DNA from: an uncultured Bacteroidales bacterium | GTDB lineage: Bacteria > Bacteroidota > Bacteroidia > Bacteroidales > Muribaculaceae | DNA: 64,000 nucleotides | NCBI GenBank assembly: GCA_902786725.1 | Contig: CADADP010000007.1 | Location: forward strand, 1,303 to 65,302 | Direction: 5' to 3' | Shown: piece after piece, positions 10,926 to 21,054 of the stretch | Layout: every line of letters starts with the position of its first letter | How positions within the stretch are numbered: the first letter of the stretch is position 1 | Position numbers and translations under genes: made by a program | The notes under the pieces: model-generated | The model's database searches: none | What the model saw: the letters and a program-made list of their open reading frames with translations, nothing else | What the model was told of the DNA's origin: nothing

Positions 10926-10962
10926 CACCCCGAGGCCAACAATTGCGCCTCGGGGTGATTTT
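10926..10962 (+). terminator. Terminator after BI-1 gene
   Basis: CACCCCGAGGC...GCCTCGGGGTG followed by ATTTTT. Confidence 0.75.
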
Positions 10963-11112
10963 TCCGTTGCTATCGGCAGGTCGGCCAGGATTGCGCGGCG
11001 GGGTGTTGCGTGAATGGATGAGTTTTTGTAATTTTGAAGCCATAAACCCAAATTAGGTTATAAATAATAAGCTAACGAGGCATAAATCAAAACCGAAAAA
11101 GAATAAGAAACG

Positions 11113-13101
11113 ATGAGCGACGAGAAAGAGATTAAGCTGCATGAGGGTGGCGTGGCCGCGCCTGAGCAGATGGAACTTGCGGAAAACGCGTTTCGCGAGT
11201 TGAAAGAAGGCGAGAAGTATGTGCCTGTGCTACGTCCCGAGCGCGAATACCGCGAGGTGACGGGGTACTCTGTAACAATGGGTCTGATAATGGCAGTTAT
11301 ATTCAGTGCCGCGGCGGCATATCTGGGTCTGAAAGTGGGCCAAGTGTTTGAAGCAGCGATACCGATAGCTATAATCGCGGCCGGCGTGAGTGGCGTGCTA
11401 AAGCGCAAGAACTCGCTGGGCGAGAATGTGATAATCCAGTCGATAGGCGCTGCCAGCGGTATAGTGGTTGCCGGAGCGATATTCACGCTTCCCGCGCTCT
11501 ACATTCTGCAGGCAAAGTACCCCGAAATCACGGTGAATTTTCTGGAGGTGTTTCTCAGTTCGCTGCTTGGCGGCACGCTGGGCATCCTGTTCTTTATTCC
11601 GTTTAGGAAATATTTTGTGAGCGACATGCACGGCAAGTTCCCATTCCCCGAGGCCACAGCCACCACTCAGGTGCTGATAAGCGGTGAAAAGGGCGGCGAC
11701 CAGGCCAAGCCGCTTCTGATTGCCGGCCTTGTGGGCGGACTCTACGACTTCTTGCTATCCACATTCGGCTGGTGGAAAGAAGTGGTGAGCACGAGCATGA
11801 TTCCGGCCCTGCAGAGCATCACCGATAACGCCAAGATGGTGCTCAAAGTCAACACTCAGGCCGCGATATTGGGACTTGGTTACATCATTGGCCTGCGCTA
11901 CAGTTTCATCATATTTGCCGGTAGCGCGTTTATCTGGTGGATAATAGTTCCGCTAATGGGCACCAATCCCGAACTTGCCGGCTCCACAGCCGAGGAGATA
12001 TTCCGTGGCGGGGCGCGATTCATCGGCATTGGCGGCATAGCGATGAGCGGCATCATAGGCATAGTGAAGTCTTGGGGAGTGATAAAGAGTGCCGTGGGTT
12101 TGGCCGGCAAGTCGTTTGGCAAGGGCTCTCAGAGTGTGGCAAAACCCGAGCGCACACAGCGCGACATATCGATGAAAGTGCTGGTGTTTGCGCTCGCCGC
12201 GGCGTTGCTGGTGACGTTTGTGTTCTTCTATGTTGGCGTGATTCACAACGTGTTCCAAACGATAGTGGCGTTTGTGGTGGTGGCGGTGATAGCATTCCTG
12301 TTTACCACCGTGGCGGCCAACGCCATAGCCATAGTGGGCAGCAACCCTGTGAGCGGCATGACACTGATGACGCTGATAATTGCGAGCGGCATATTTGTGA
12401 GCGTAGGCCTGAGCGGCTGGCAGGGCATAGTGGCCAGCATGGTGATAGGTGGCGTGGTGTGCACGGCACTGTCGATGGCGGGCGGTATGGTGACCGACAT
12501 GAAGATAGGTTACTGGATAGGCACCACACCGGCCAAGCAACAGACGTGGAAATTTGTGGGAACCATAGTGAGCGCGGCCACAGTGGGCGGCGTGATGCTG
12601 ATACTGAACAAGGTGTATGGCTTTGTGGGCGATAACGCCCTGGTGGCACCTCAGGCCAACGCTATGGCCGCCGTAATCGACCCGCTGATGATGGGTGGCG
12701 AGACCCCGTGGCTACTCTACATTGTGGGCGCCATACTGGCCTGCCTTCTGAACTGGCTTGGTGTTCCGGCACTTGCATTCTCGCTGGGAATGTTTATTCC
12801 GCTGGAGCTGAACACACCGCTGCTGGTGGGCGGCGCTGTGAGCTGGTTTGTGAGCAGCCGCAGCAAGAGCGAAGATGTGAACAAGGCCCGTCTGGACCGC
12901 GGCACATTGCTTGCCTCGGGCTTCATTGCCGGCGGTGCGCTGATGGGCGTGGTGAGCGCCGGAATGCGCTTCTTCGGGTTTGAGTATGCGAGCCCGGTGA
13001 GCGACAGTGTGAGCAATTTGCTGGCCGTGGTGCTGTATGTGGCACTGATAGTGTACTTGGCAGTGTCGTGCCTGAGGGCGAAAAAAGACGTTAAAAAATA
13101 A
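11113..13101 (+). CDS. OPT family oligopeptide transporter
   Basis: YLGLKVG, ENVIIQS, FPEATA, NPVSGMT, APQANAMA motifs. Confidence 0.93.
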   Translation: MSDEKEIKLHEGGVAAPEQMELAENAFRELKEGEKYVPVLRPEREYREVTGYSVTMGLIMAVIFSAAAAYLGLKVGQVFEAAIPIAIIAAGVSGVLKRKNSLGENVIIQSIGAASGIVVAGAIFTLPALYILQAKYPEITVNFLEVFLSSLLGGTLGILFFIPFRKYFVSDMHGKFPFPEATATTQVLISGEKGGDQAKPLLIAGLVGGLYDFLLSTFGWWKEVVSTSMIPALQSITDNAKMVLKVNTQAAILGLGYIIGLRYSFIIFAGSAFIWWIIVPLMGTNPELAGSTAEEIFRGGARFIGIGGIAMSGIIGIVKSWGVIKSAVGLAGKSFGKGSQSVAKPERTQRDISMKVLVFALAAALLVTFVFFYVGVIHNVFQTIVAFVVVAVIAFLFTTVAANAIAIVGSNPVSGMTLMTLIIASGIFVSVGLSGWQGIVASMVIGGVVCTALSMAGGMVTDMKIGYWIGTTPAKQQTWKFVGTIVSAATVGGVMLILNKVYGFVGDNALVAPQANAMAAVIDPLMMGGETPWLLYIVGAILACLLNWLGVPALAFSLGMFIPLELNTPLLVGGAVSWFVSSRSKSEDVNKARLDRGTLLASGFIAGGALMGVVSAGMRFFGFEYASPVSDSVSNLLAVVLYVALIVYLAVSCLRAKKDVKK

Positions 13102-13257
13102 TTGCATTTCGGCCCACCACTGACGCGGTGGGAGCGCCGAAACCACATATAGGGGCTGCGGTGGCCATTCGGCTGAGCCGCAGCCCTTAACATATGCAGA
13201 AATTGACATTGACAAAGGAGGCTATAGGTTGTAGTTTTGCAGTGCGGAAAGCGAGAA
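13085..13257 (+). repeat. Direct repeat copy 1 (~173 bp) left of the ATPase gene
   Basis: Matches 14836-15007 with 6 substitutions and 1 indel by manual alignment; includes OPT stop codon, two hairpins and a TAGTTTTG box. Confidence 0.95.
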
Positions 13258-13317
13258 TTCTTTTAGCCAAGCCAAAACGGCATTATTGCAGCCAAAAATA
13301 AATTCTTGCCCAAGTTC

Positions 13318-14673
13318 TCAAAGCATATATTTTTGAAGAATCTTAGGCAGCTGACCGACATAATAGAATGGAATGTTGATAAGACGATAAAAGCGTGGGG
13401 TGGGCTCCGGCGTAACAGCATCTTGAACGAAGAACTCCCCACTCCAAACCCTGACAGCAGTTACCGATTGCTCTGAGTTTAGGACGAAACTATGCAGAGA
13501 ACGGAGGTGTGAATTAGTTCCCGCCTTAACTTCTATGGGAATAATCTGCGTTCCAAGTTGCCAGACAAAATCTATTTCAGCCTTAGTTCCTTTTTTATCA
13601 CGCACCCAGAAGCATTGATATTCACGGAGTTGCTCGTCGAGTAGGACGCGAAGTTCCTGCGCAACAATTTGCTCAGCAGCTCGTCCGCGCCACGTATCAA
13701 GTAGTTCTTTGTTTTGCAGGTATTCCAATTGTATTCCTGCCACAAAGTTAGTGATTCCAATGTCAAGTGTTATCAACTTAGGTGATCGCCGCTTGAGAGG
13801 GACAAGCGGAGCCTGCGAAGAAGAAACCGGATAATCAAGAGAGAGCAAGTAGGCTTTTTCCAAACTTTCCAAGGCTTCATGAACCTGCGTACTTGTATAT
13901 CTACTACCGCCAAAGTTAGCGAATGTGATTGTTTGGGCGACCGAAAGCCAAGCCGTATCTATAACATGTCGAAGTATGCGAACCTGTTCAGGACTCTTAG
14001 CATAACGCTCCACATCCTCATTGTATCCTTTCAGCAAAGAATTGTATATCGTGCCCAGCGCCTCAATGTCGCGCTCAGAAGCATAAGTAGCGATTACCTC
14101 AGGCATACCACCGATAAGCGCATATTGGTTAAATCTATCCATCATCTGTTGATGCATAAGAGTTGGCAATGAGAGGTTACGTAGCATATCGCTCCACGAA
14201 GCTCCATCCAGGGCAGTAATAAATTCCTCAAAGGAAAAAGGACGAAGATTGAGATATTCCACCCTTGCCACAGGAAAGGAGACACCTTTTTTCAAGAGAC
14301 TGTGTAATCGGCTACCGGCCGTAATGAGATACAGCCAGGGCATTTTTTCATAGAAATAGCGCAATAACGCAACCGCCTCAGGGACTTCCTGAATTTCGTC
14401 AATAAAAAGCAGCATACGCTTATTCCGGTCGGAGGTGACATGATATTTAAGACACAGATACTGCCAAATTTCAAGAACATTATCAGACTGAATAAAAATC
14501 ATGGCATCATCAGATAATTCGAGGTTCACTTCAATAAACACGTCAAATTCTTTCCCGAATTCTCTGACAAGCGTGCTTTTCCCTACCTGTCTTGCTCCAC
14601 GTATAACGAGAGGCTTATGGTTAGGGTTTTGGCTCCACTTTCGTAATTGATAAATAAGTCGTCGTTCGAACAT
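13318..14673 (-). CDS. AAA_14/DUF4143-type ATPase with C-terminal PD-(D/E)XK-like motif
   Basis: GARQVGKS Walker A, LFIDEIQ Walker B, GGMPE, EIDFV...PIEVKAG; more AT-rich than flanks. Confidence 0.88.
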   Translation of the reverse strand: MFERRLIYQLRKWSQNPNHKPLVIRGARQVGKSTLVREFGKEFDVFIEVNLELSDDAMIFIQSDNVLEIWQYLCLKYHVTSDRNKRMLLFIDEIQEVPEAVALLRYFYEKMPWLYLITAGSRLHSLLKKGVSFPVARVEYLNLRPFSFEEFITALDGASWSDMLRNLSLPTLMHQQMMDRFNQYALIGGMPEVIATYASERDIEALGTIYNSLLKGYNEDVERYAKSPEQVRILRHVIDTAWLSVAQTITFANFGGSRYTSTQVHEALESLEKAYLLSLDYPVSSSQAPLVPLKRRSPKLITLDIGITNFVAGIQLEYLQNKELLDTWRGRAAEQIVAQELRVLLDEQLREYQCFWVRDKKGTKAEIDFVWQLGTQIIPIEVKAGTNSHLRSLHSFVLNSEQSVTAVRVWSGEFFVQDAVTPEPTPRFYRLINIPFYYVGQLPKILQKYML

Positions 14674-14698
14674 AGCATGTATAGAGTTAAAAACGATG

Positions 14699-14706
14699 CA
14701 AATATA
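14699..14706 (-). promoter_or_regulatory. -7 promoter box of the ATPase gene
   Basis: TATATTTG on minus strand, about 25 bp before the ATG. Confidence 0.65.
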
Positions 14707-14714
14707 TAACTATT

Positions 14715-14801
14715 TTTCTAAAGTATAACCAAGAATAGGCTGAAATCTTTCTAAAGTATAACCAAGAACGAGCAAAAATATTTCTAAAGTATAACCAAGA
14801 A
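14715..14801. repeat. Three identical 21-bp repeats with a 33-bp period
   Basis: TTTCTAAAGTATAACCAAGAA at 14715, 14748 and 14781. Confidence 0.95.
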
Positions 14802-14835
14802 CGAGCGTTGCAAAGTCGCCTCAAGCGTGCAAGGG

Positions 14836-15007
14836 AAGACGTTAAAAAATAATCGTATTTCGGCCCACCACTGATGCGGTGGGAGCGCTGAAACCCCATA
14901 TAGGGCTGCGGTGGCCATTCGGCTGAGCCGCAGCCCTTAACATATGCAGAAATTGACATTGACAAAGGCGGCTATAGGTTGTAGTTTTGCAGTGCGGAAA
15001 GCGAGAA
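14836..15007 (+). repeat. Direct repeat copy 2 (~172 bp) right of the ATPase gene
   Basis: Near-identical to 13085-13257; supplies TAGTTTTG (14982-14989) upstream of the M15 gene. Confidence 0.95.
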
Positions 15008-15048
15008 AACGCATTTTTTGATTAACCCTATAAACATCCACAGAAACT

Positions 15049-15471
15049 ATGAAAAACACAAGAGACAACAAAGCAATGAAGTGGTTCACACCTGACGAAC
15101 TCACACGAAGCGAGACAGCCCACCGCCTGGGTATCGACAACCGCCCCGACGGCGTGGTGATGAAGAACCTGCAAGAACTGGTACGCCACGTTCTGGACCC
15201 CACGCGAGAAATGTGGGGACGTCCCATCAGAGTGACAAGCGGCTACCGATGCACCGCACTGAACGCGGCTGTGGGCGGCTCGCGAAACAGTCAGCACATC
15301 ACCGGTCGCGCAGCCGACATCACTGTGGGCAGCAAGGCGGCTAACGAACGGCTGTTCGAGATGATACGCCGGAGTGCCCTACCCTACGACCAACTAATCA
15401 ATGAGCGCGATTACAGTTGGATTCACGTGAGTTATGCGCCTTGTGGCCGCCGGCAAGTGCTGGCGCTGTGA
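15049..15471 (+). CDS. Peptidase M15A family (D-Ala-D-Ala carboxypeptidase-like)
   Basis: VTSGYRC, SQHITGRAAD, WIHVS zinc-ligand motifs; start could be the second Met. Confidence 0.88.
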   Translation: MKNTRDNKAMKWFTPDELTRSETAHRLGIDNRPDGVVMKNLQELVRHVLDPTREMWGRPIRVTSGYRCTALNAAVGGSRNSQHITGRAADITVGSKAANERLFEMIRRSALPYDQLINERDYSWIHVSYAPCGRRQVLAL

Positions 15472-15627
15472 GTGGTTCCACGGCGACGACGTATCCACGT
15501 CTCGCGCCCAAGAAACCTCCGTGTGGAAGGCGGGCATACTTTTTTGTAACAAATCGCTTATAATCGCTTGTTACTCGCAACTTTTTCATTAACTTTGCGC
15601 TAATTTTACGAACTATTTTAAATTTAT

Positions 15628-17940
15628 ATGTTAACACCTACTAAAAAAACCATCGTACTGGGTGACGGACGTGTGATCACCCTCGAAACAGGAAAGCTTG
15701 CCAAGCAAGCCGATGGAGCCGTTGAATTGCGCTTTAACAACACCATGTTGTTAGCCACAGTAGTTTCCGCAAAGGAAGCCGAAGAAGGGGCTGACTTTAT
15801 GCCGCTTCAAGTTGAGTACAAAGAAAAATATTCTGCATTTGGCAGATACCCCGGTGGTTTCACCAAGAGGGAAGGCCGAGCCAGCGATTACGAAATTCTC
15901 ACGTCGCGACTCGTGGACCGCGTACTGCGTCCGTTGTTCCCCTCGAACTACCACGCTAACACCATCGTTAACATTATCATGTTCTCGAGCGACGGTGTTG
16001 ATGCCCCCGACGCATTGGCCGGTCTGGCAGCCTCGGCAGCCATCGCGGTGAGCGACGTCCCCTTTGAGGAGCCTATAGCCGAAGTGCGCGTGGCTCGTAT
16101 TAATGGTGAATTCATAATCAACCCCACATTTGAGCAAGTTAAAGATGCCGATATCGAGCTCATGGTAGGTGCTACCTACGACAACATTATGATGGTAGAA
16201 GGCGAGATGGACGAGTGCAGCGAAGACGAGCTCATAGCAGCGCTCAAAGCAGCTCACGAGGCAATCAAGCCCATGTGCGTGGCACAAAAGGAGCTTGCGG
16301 CCGAGCTTGGCGTAACCAAGCGCGAATATTGCCACGAGACCGACGACGAGGAAATCAAGGAGCGCCTGCGCAACGAGTGCTATCCCAAGTGCTACGAAAT
16401 AGCTAAGGCCGGATGCGCCGACAAGCAATGGCGCAACGACTCGTTCCAGAAAATCCACGACGACTTCCTGGAGACTATCCCTGAGGAGGAGCGCGAGGAA
16501 AAGGCCTTGATGATCGACCGCTATTTCCACGACGTTCAGCGCGACGCAGTGCGCCGTTGCATCCTCGACGAGCACATTCGCCTCGACGGCCGCAAGACCA
16601 ACGAGATTCGCCCCATCTGGTGCCAGACCGACTATCTGCCCGGTCCTCACGGCTCGGCCGTGTTCACCCGCGGTGAGACCCAGGCGCTGGCCACAGTGAC
16701 ACTCGGCACCAAGCTCGACGAAAAGCTTGTGGACGATGTCCTCGACCGCCACGACGAGCGCTTCCTGCTACACTACAACTTCCCCGGATTCGCCACAGGC
16801 GAGGCTAAGGCTCCGCGCGGACTGAGCCGCCGCGAGATAGGCCATGGCAACCTCGCGCATCGCGCCCTGAAGCGCATGCTGCCCACCGAGGACTTCCCCT
16901 ACACGGTTCGCATCGTATCGGATATCCTGGAGAGCAACGGCTCATCGTCGATGGCCACAGTTTGCGGCGGATGCCTGGCTCTGCTCGACGCCGGTGTGAA
17001 GATGAAACGACCGGTTGCAGGTATCGCTATGGGCCTTATCACCGACGAGGGCAACGTTAAGCACGCCGTGCTGAGCGACATCCTCGGCGATGAGGACCAC
17101 CTGGGCGACATGGACTTTAAGGTTACCGGCACCGTGAAGGGCATCACAGCCACTCAGATGGATATCAAGTGCGACGGACTTCCCTACGAAATCCTGGAGC
17201 AAGCGCTCCAGCAGGCCAAGGAAGGACGACTTCACATCCTCAATATCATCAACGAGACTATTCCGCAACCGCGCGAAGACTATAAGCCTCACGTGCCGCG
17301 CATCGTGGCCATGACGGTGGACAAAGAATTCATAGGCGCCATCATAGGCAAGGGTGGCGAGGTGATACAAGGGCTCCAGGAAGAGACCGGCACCACCATC
17401 ACCATCGACGAAATCGACGGCAAGGGCGAAATCGAAATCGCGGCAGCCAACAAGGAGGCCATCGAAGCCGCAGTGGCACGCATCAAGCAAATTATCGCAG
17501 TTCCCGAAGAGGGTCAGATCTACACCGGTACGGTTCGCTCGATACTGGACTTTGGCGCATTCGTGGAGTTTATGCCCGGTCGCGACGGTCTGCTTCACAT
17601 CAGCGAAATCAGTTGGGATCGCCTCGAAAGCATGGAAGCCAGCGGGCTGCATGAGGGCGATGTGGTGACGGTGAAGCTCATCGAGATCGACAACAAGACA
17701 GGCAAGTTCCGCCTCTCGATGCGCGCTCTCCAGGATAAGCCCGAAGGTTACGAGGAGCGCAAGCGCGAAAACCGCGGGCCCCGCAATGGAGGCAATGGCG
17801 GTAATCGCGGTGGCAATGGTGGCGGTAACCGTGGCGGCAACCGTGGCGGTGGCAACTTCCGCCGCAGCGAAGGCCGTGGGCCGCGTCACAACGACAGCCG
17901 CAACCAGCGCGAGGACAATTCCAGCAACGTGATAGATTAA
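15628..17940 (+). CDS. pnp: Polyribonucleotide nucleotidyltransferase
   Basis: Two RNase PH domains ([24 protein letters not shown]), KH and S1 domains. Confidence 0.98.
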   Translation: MLTPTKKTIVLGDGRVITLETGKLAKQADGAVELRFNNTMLLATVVSAKEAEEGADFMPLQVEYKEKYSAFGRYPGGFTKREGRASDYEILTSRLVDRVLRPLFPSNYHANTIVNIIMFSSDGVDAPDALAGLAASAAIAVSDVPFEEPIAEVRVARINGEFIINPTFEQVKDADIELMVGATYDNIMMVEGEMDECSEDELIAALKAAHEAIKPMCVAQKELAAELGVTKREYCHETDDEEIKERLRNECYPKCYEIAKAGCADKQWRNDSFQKIHDDFLETIPEEEREEKALMIDRYFHDVQRDAVRRCILDEHIRLDGRKTNEIRPIWCQTDYLPGPHGSAVFTRGETQALATVTLGTKLDEKLVDDVLDRHDERFLLHYNFPGFATGEAKAPRGLSRREIGHGNLAHRALKRMLPTEDFPYTVRIVSDILESNGSSSMATVCGGCLALLDAGVKMKRPVAGIAMGLITDEGNVKHAVLSDILGDEDHLGDMDFKVTGTVKGITATQMDIKCDGLPYEILEQALQQAKEGRLHILNIINETIPQPREDYKPHVPRIVAMTVDKEFIGAIIGKGGEVIQGLQEETGTTITIDEIDGKGEIEIAAANKEAIEAAVARIKQIIAVPEEGQIYTGTVRSILDFGAFVEFMPGRDGLLHISEISWDRLESMEASGLHEGDVVTVKLIEIDNKTGKFRLSMRALQDKPEGYEERKRENRGPRNGGNGGNRGGNGGGNRGGNRGGGNFRRSEGRGPRHNDSRNQREDNSSNVID

Positions 17941-17977
17941 TCCCCATTCTTTGCGGGATTAATTTCCACCAGATATC

Positions 17978-18015
17978 AGCGGGTGGCTCTTCATGAGGAG
18001 AGCCACCCGCTTTTT
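17978..18015. terminator. Terminator between convergent pnp and gdhA
   Basis: AGCGGGTGGCTCT...AGAGCCACCCGCT stem followed by TTTT. Confidence 0.8.
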
Positions 18016-18042
18016 ATTCCAAGTCGGTTGTTAGAATTTATG

Positions 18043-19383
18043 TCAGAGAACACCCTGAGCCATCATAGCGCGGGCCACCTTCATAAAGCCGGCTATGTTG
18101 GCCCCTTTCACGTAGTTCACGTAGCCATCGGGCTCGGTGCCATACTTCACGCAATTCTCGTGGATGTTCTCCATGATTGAATGCAACTTGGCATCCACTT
18201 CCTCGGCGCTCCAGCTGAGTCGCTCCGAGTTCTGACTCATTTCCAGCCCCGACACGCTCACTCCGCCGGCATTCGCCGCCTTGCCCGGCGCATAAAGTAT
18301 CTTTGCGGATTGGAACACACGAATGGCGCCCGGAGTGGACGGCATATTGGCGCCCTCGCTCACTGCTATCACGCCATTAGCCACGAGAGCCTTTGCGGCC
18401 TCCTCATTCAGCTCGTTCTGTGTAGCCGACGGCATTGCTATGTCGGCCGGCTCATACCACGGCTTGGCACCGTCGCCCACATACTTGGCGCTCGGGTAAC
18501 GCTCCACGTATTCCCACATACGGCCGCGATAGATATTCTTCAGTTCCATTATATAGTCGAGTTTTTCACGGTCTATCCCGTCGGGGTCATAGACATATCC
18601 GTCCGAGTCGCTCATCGTCATCACCTTGGCTCCGAGCTGCAGCAGTTTCTCGGCCGTGTATTGAGCCACATTGCCGGCACCGCTAATAAGCACGCGCTTG
18701 CCCTGCACAGTCTCGCCACGAGTCTTAAGCATCTCTTGCAAGAAATACACATTGCCGTAGCCGGTGGCCTCGGGGCGGATTTTGGAGCCTCCAAATTCTT
18801 TGCCCTTGCCGGTAAACACACCCGAGAACTCGTGGGTCAACTTCTTGTACATCCCGAACATGTAGCCAACTTCACGGCCACCCACGCCTATGTCGCCCGC
18901 CGGCACATCCACGTCGGGGCCGATGTGGCGGGTCAGTTCCTGCATAAACGCCTGGCAAAAGCGCATCACCTCGGCACGCGACTTGCCGCGTGGCGAGAAG
19001 TCGCTTCCACCCTTACCGCCACCCATTGGCAACGTGGTGAGGGAATTCTTGAACGTCTGCTCAAAGGCGAGGAACTTGAGTATGCCCAGGTTTACCGACG
19101 CGTGAAAACGTATGCCGCCCTTGTAGGGGCCAATGGCGTTGTTGTGCTGGATGCGGTAGCCCATATTGGTGCGCACATGACCCTCGTCGTCGGTCCACGT
19201 GACTCTGAACTGATACACCCTGTCGGGGATACACAACCGCTCTATCAGGTTCTCCTCGTCGAACTCGGGATGCTTGTTATACTCTTCTTCAATCGTGTTA
19301 AGCACTTCCTCCACAGCCTGATGATACTCCGGCTCATTAGGGAAACGCCGCTTAAGGTCCTCTAAAAATTTTTTTGCGTCCAT
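18043..19383 (-). CDS. gdhA: NAD(P)-dependent glutamate dehydrogenase
   Basis: GPYKGGIRFH, GGGKGGSDF, PAGDIGVG, RPEATGYG, EGANMP. Confidence 0.96.
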   Translation of the reverse strand: MDAKKFLEDLKRRFPNEPEYHQAVEEVLNTIEEEYNKHPEFDEENLIERLCIPDRVYQFRVTWTDDEGHVRTNMGYRIQHNNAIGPYKGGIRFHASVNLGILKFLAFEQTFKNSLTTLPMGGGKGGSDFSPRGKSRAEVMRFCQAFMQELTRHIGPDVDVPAGDIGVGGREVGYMFGMYKKLTHEFSGVFTGKGKEFGGSKIRPEATGYGNVYFLQEMLKTRGETVQGKRVLISGAGNVAQYTAEKLLQLGAKVMTMSDSDGYVYDPDGIDREKLDYIMELKNIYRGRMWEYVERYPSAKYVGDGAKPWYEPADIAMPSATQNELNEEAAKALVANGVIAVSEGANMPSTPGAIRVFQSAKILYAPGKAANAGGVSVSGLEMSQNSERLSWSAEEVDAKLHSIMENIHENCVKYGTEPDGYVNYVKGANIAGFMKVARAMMAQGVL

Positions 19384-19657
19384 ATATTATCCTTTAGTTA
19401 GTGTGTTATTATTCGTAGTCACGAGTTCAAACTGGAATTCGCGGTACAAAGATAACACTATTTTTCCATTCTCGCGTAATAATCCATGCCATAGGCATCA
19501 AGTCCAAATCAGCAGTTAAGACTTGTCCACAATCTTTTTTCGCTGTTCGTCCCGCTTATCTCGCCAACCATAACATTTGCAATAAAAACGGACAGGACTT
19601 TCGCATAAGGCAGAAATTAACTAATTTTGCACACATTTTAAGCATAATCAGAGTATA

Positions 19658-21022
19658 ATGGATATTAGTAACTTGCAATATAACACCGGCGAGACCGGAA
19701 AACGACTCTTTATTGAAACCTACGGATGCCAGATGAACGTGGCCGACAGCGAAGTTGTGGCCAGCGTGATGCAAATGGCCGGATATGAAACCGCCGACAC
19801 GCTCGACGTAGCCGACGCCATTTTCATCAACACCTGCTCGGTGCGCGACAATGCCGAACAGAAAATCTTCGCTCGGCTCAACCAGCTCAACGCGCTAAGG
19901 CGCAAGCGCAACCGCCGCCTCATTGTGGGCATCATAGGGTGTATGGCCGAGCGCCTCAAGGACGTGCTAATCCGCGAATACGATGTGGACCTTGTGGCCG
20001 GCCCCGACTCTTACCTGAACCTGCCCATGCTCATCGGAGAAGCCGAGAACGGCGGCAAAGCCATCGACACCGAACTCTCCAAGACCGAAACCTACCGCGA
20101 CATCATTCCCAAGCGAGTGGGTGGCAGCAAGGTGAGCGGATTCATCAGTATTATGCGTGGGTGCAACAACTTCTGCACCTACTGCATAGTGCCCTACACT
20201 CGCGGACGTGAGCGAAGCCGCGAGCCGCAAAGCATCCTCAACGAACTGGCCGACCTGCGCGCCAAGGGTTTCAAGGAGGTGACGCTTCTGGGGCAGAACG
20301 TAAACTCGTATCTCTTCAAGGGTGCCGACGGCGCCACAGTGGACCTCGCGGCGCTACTGGCCATGGTGGCAGAGGCCGCGCCCGAAATGCGCGTGCGGTT
20401 CACTACATCCAACCCTGAGGACCTTTCCGACGAAATCATCGCCACTATGGCGCACTACCCCAACATCTGCCGACAAATACACCTGCCCGTGCAGAGCGGC
20501 AGCAACAAGGTGCTCAAACTTATGAACCGCAAATACACCCGCGAGTGGTATCTCGACCGCATCGCACGTATCCGCCAAGCCATGCCCGACTGCGGCATAT
20601 CAACCGACGTCTTCACCGGCTTCCACGACGAAACCGAAGAAGACTTTGAACAGACTCTGAGCCTCATGCGCGAAGTGGGCTTCGACTCTTCGTTTATGTT
20701 CAAGTATAGCGAGCGGCCCGGAACGTTCGCCGCAAAGCATCTTCCCGACAATGTGCCGGAAGACGTGAAAATCAGCCGCCTCAACCGCATGATAGCGTTG
20801 CAAAACGAGTTATCGCTATGCAGCAACAAGCGCGACGTGGGCAAGACGTTCCAAGTGCTGGTTGAGGGCTACAGCAAGCGCTCGCGGCAAGATATGTTTG
20901 GACGCACAGAGCAGGGCAAGGTTATCGTGTTTCCGGCCGGTGACACCCATGTGGGCGACTTGGTAAACTGCCGCGTCAAGAGTGCCACAAGCGCCACTCT
21001 GCTGGGCGAACGGGTGGATTAG
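19658..21022 (+). CDS. miaB: tRNA-2-methylthio-N6-dimethylallyladenosine synthase
   Basis: TYGCQMN, NTCSVRDNAE, radical SAM GCNNFCTYC, TRAM domain. Confidence 0.97.
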   Translation: MDISNLQYNTGETGKRLFIETYGCQMNVADSEVVASVMQMAGYETADTLDVADAIFINTCSVRDNAEQKIFARLNQLNALRRKRNRRLIVGIIGCMAERLKDVLIREYDVDLVAGPDSYLNLPMLIGEAENGGKAIDTELSKTETYRDIIPKRVGGSKVSGFISIMRGCNNFCTYCIVPYTRGRERSREPQSILNELADLRAKGFKEVTLLGQNVNSYLFKGADGATVDLAALLAMVAEAAPEMRVRFTTSNPEDLSDEIIATMAHYPNICRQIHLPVQSGSNKVLKLMNRKYTREWYLDRIARIRQAMPDCGISTDVFTGFHDETEEDFEQTLSLMREVGFDSSFMFKYSERPGTFAAKHLPDNVPEDVKISRLNRMIALQNELSLCSNKRDVGKTFQVLVEGYSKRSRQDMFGRTEQGKVIVFPAGDTHVGDLVNCRVKSATSATLLGERVD

Positions 21023-21054
21023 CCTCTCTTCCCATCCCCCGAATCAAAAAAATA

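Noticed and set aside
14734-14747. AATAGGCTGAAA in the ATPase repeat gap also occurs at 46919-46930 near the element att site
   Set aside because: A 12-bp AT-rich match found post hoc; the second gap has no comparable match that I could see, so probably chance.
14715-14801. 21-bp repeats read as a CRISPR array
   Set aside because: Gaps are only 12 bp and partly alike (CGAGC follows two copies); no cas genes; the array overlaps a promoter.
3882-15471. Holin-annotated gene plus M15 peptidase as a prophage lysis module
   Set aside because: They are 11 kb apart among housekeeping genes with no phage structural genes; both families are commonly chromosomal.
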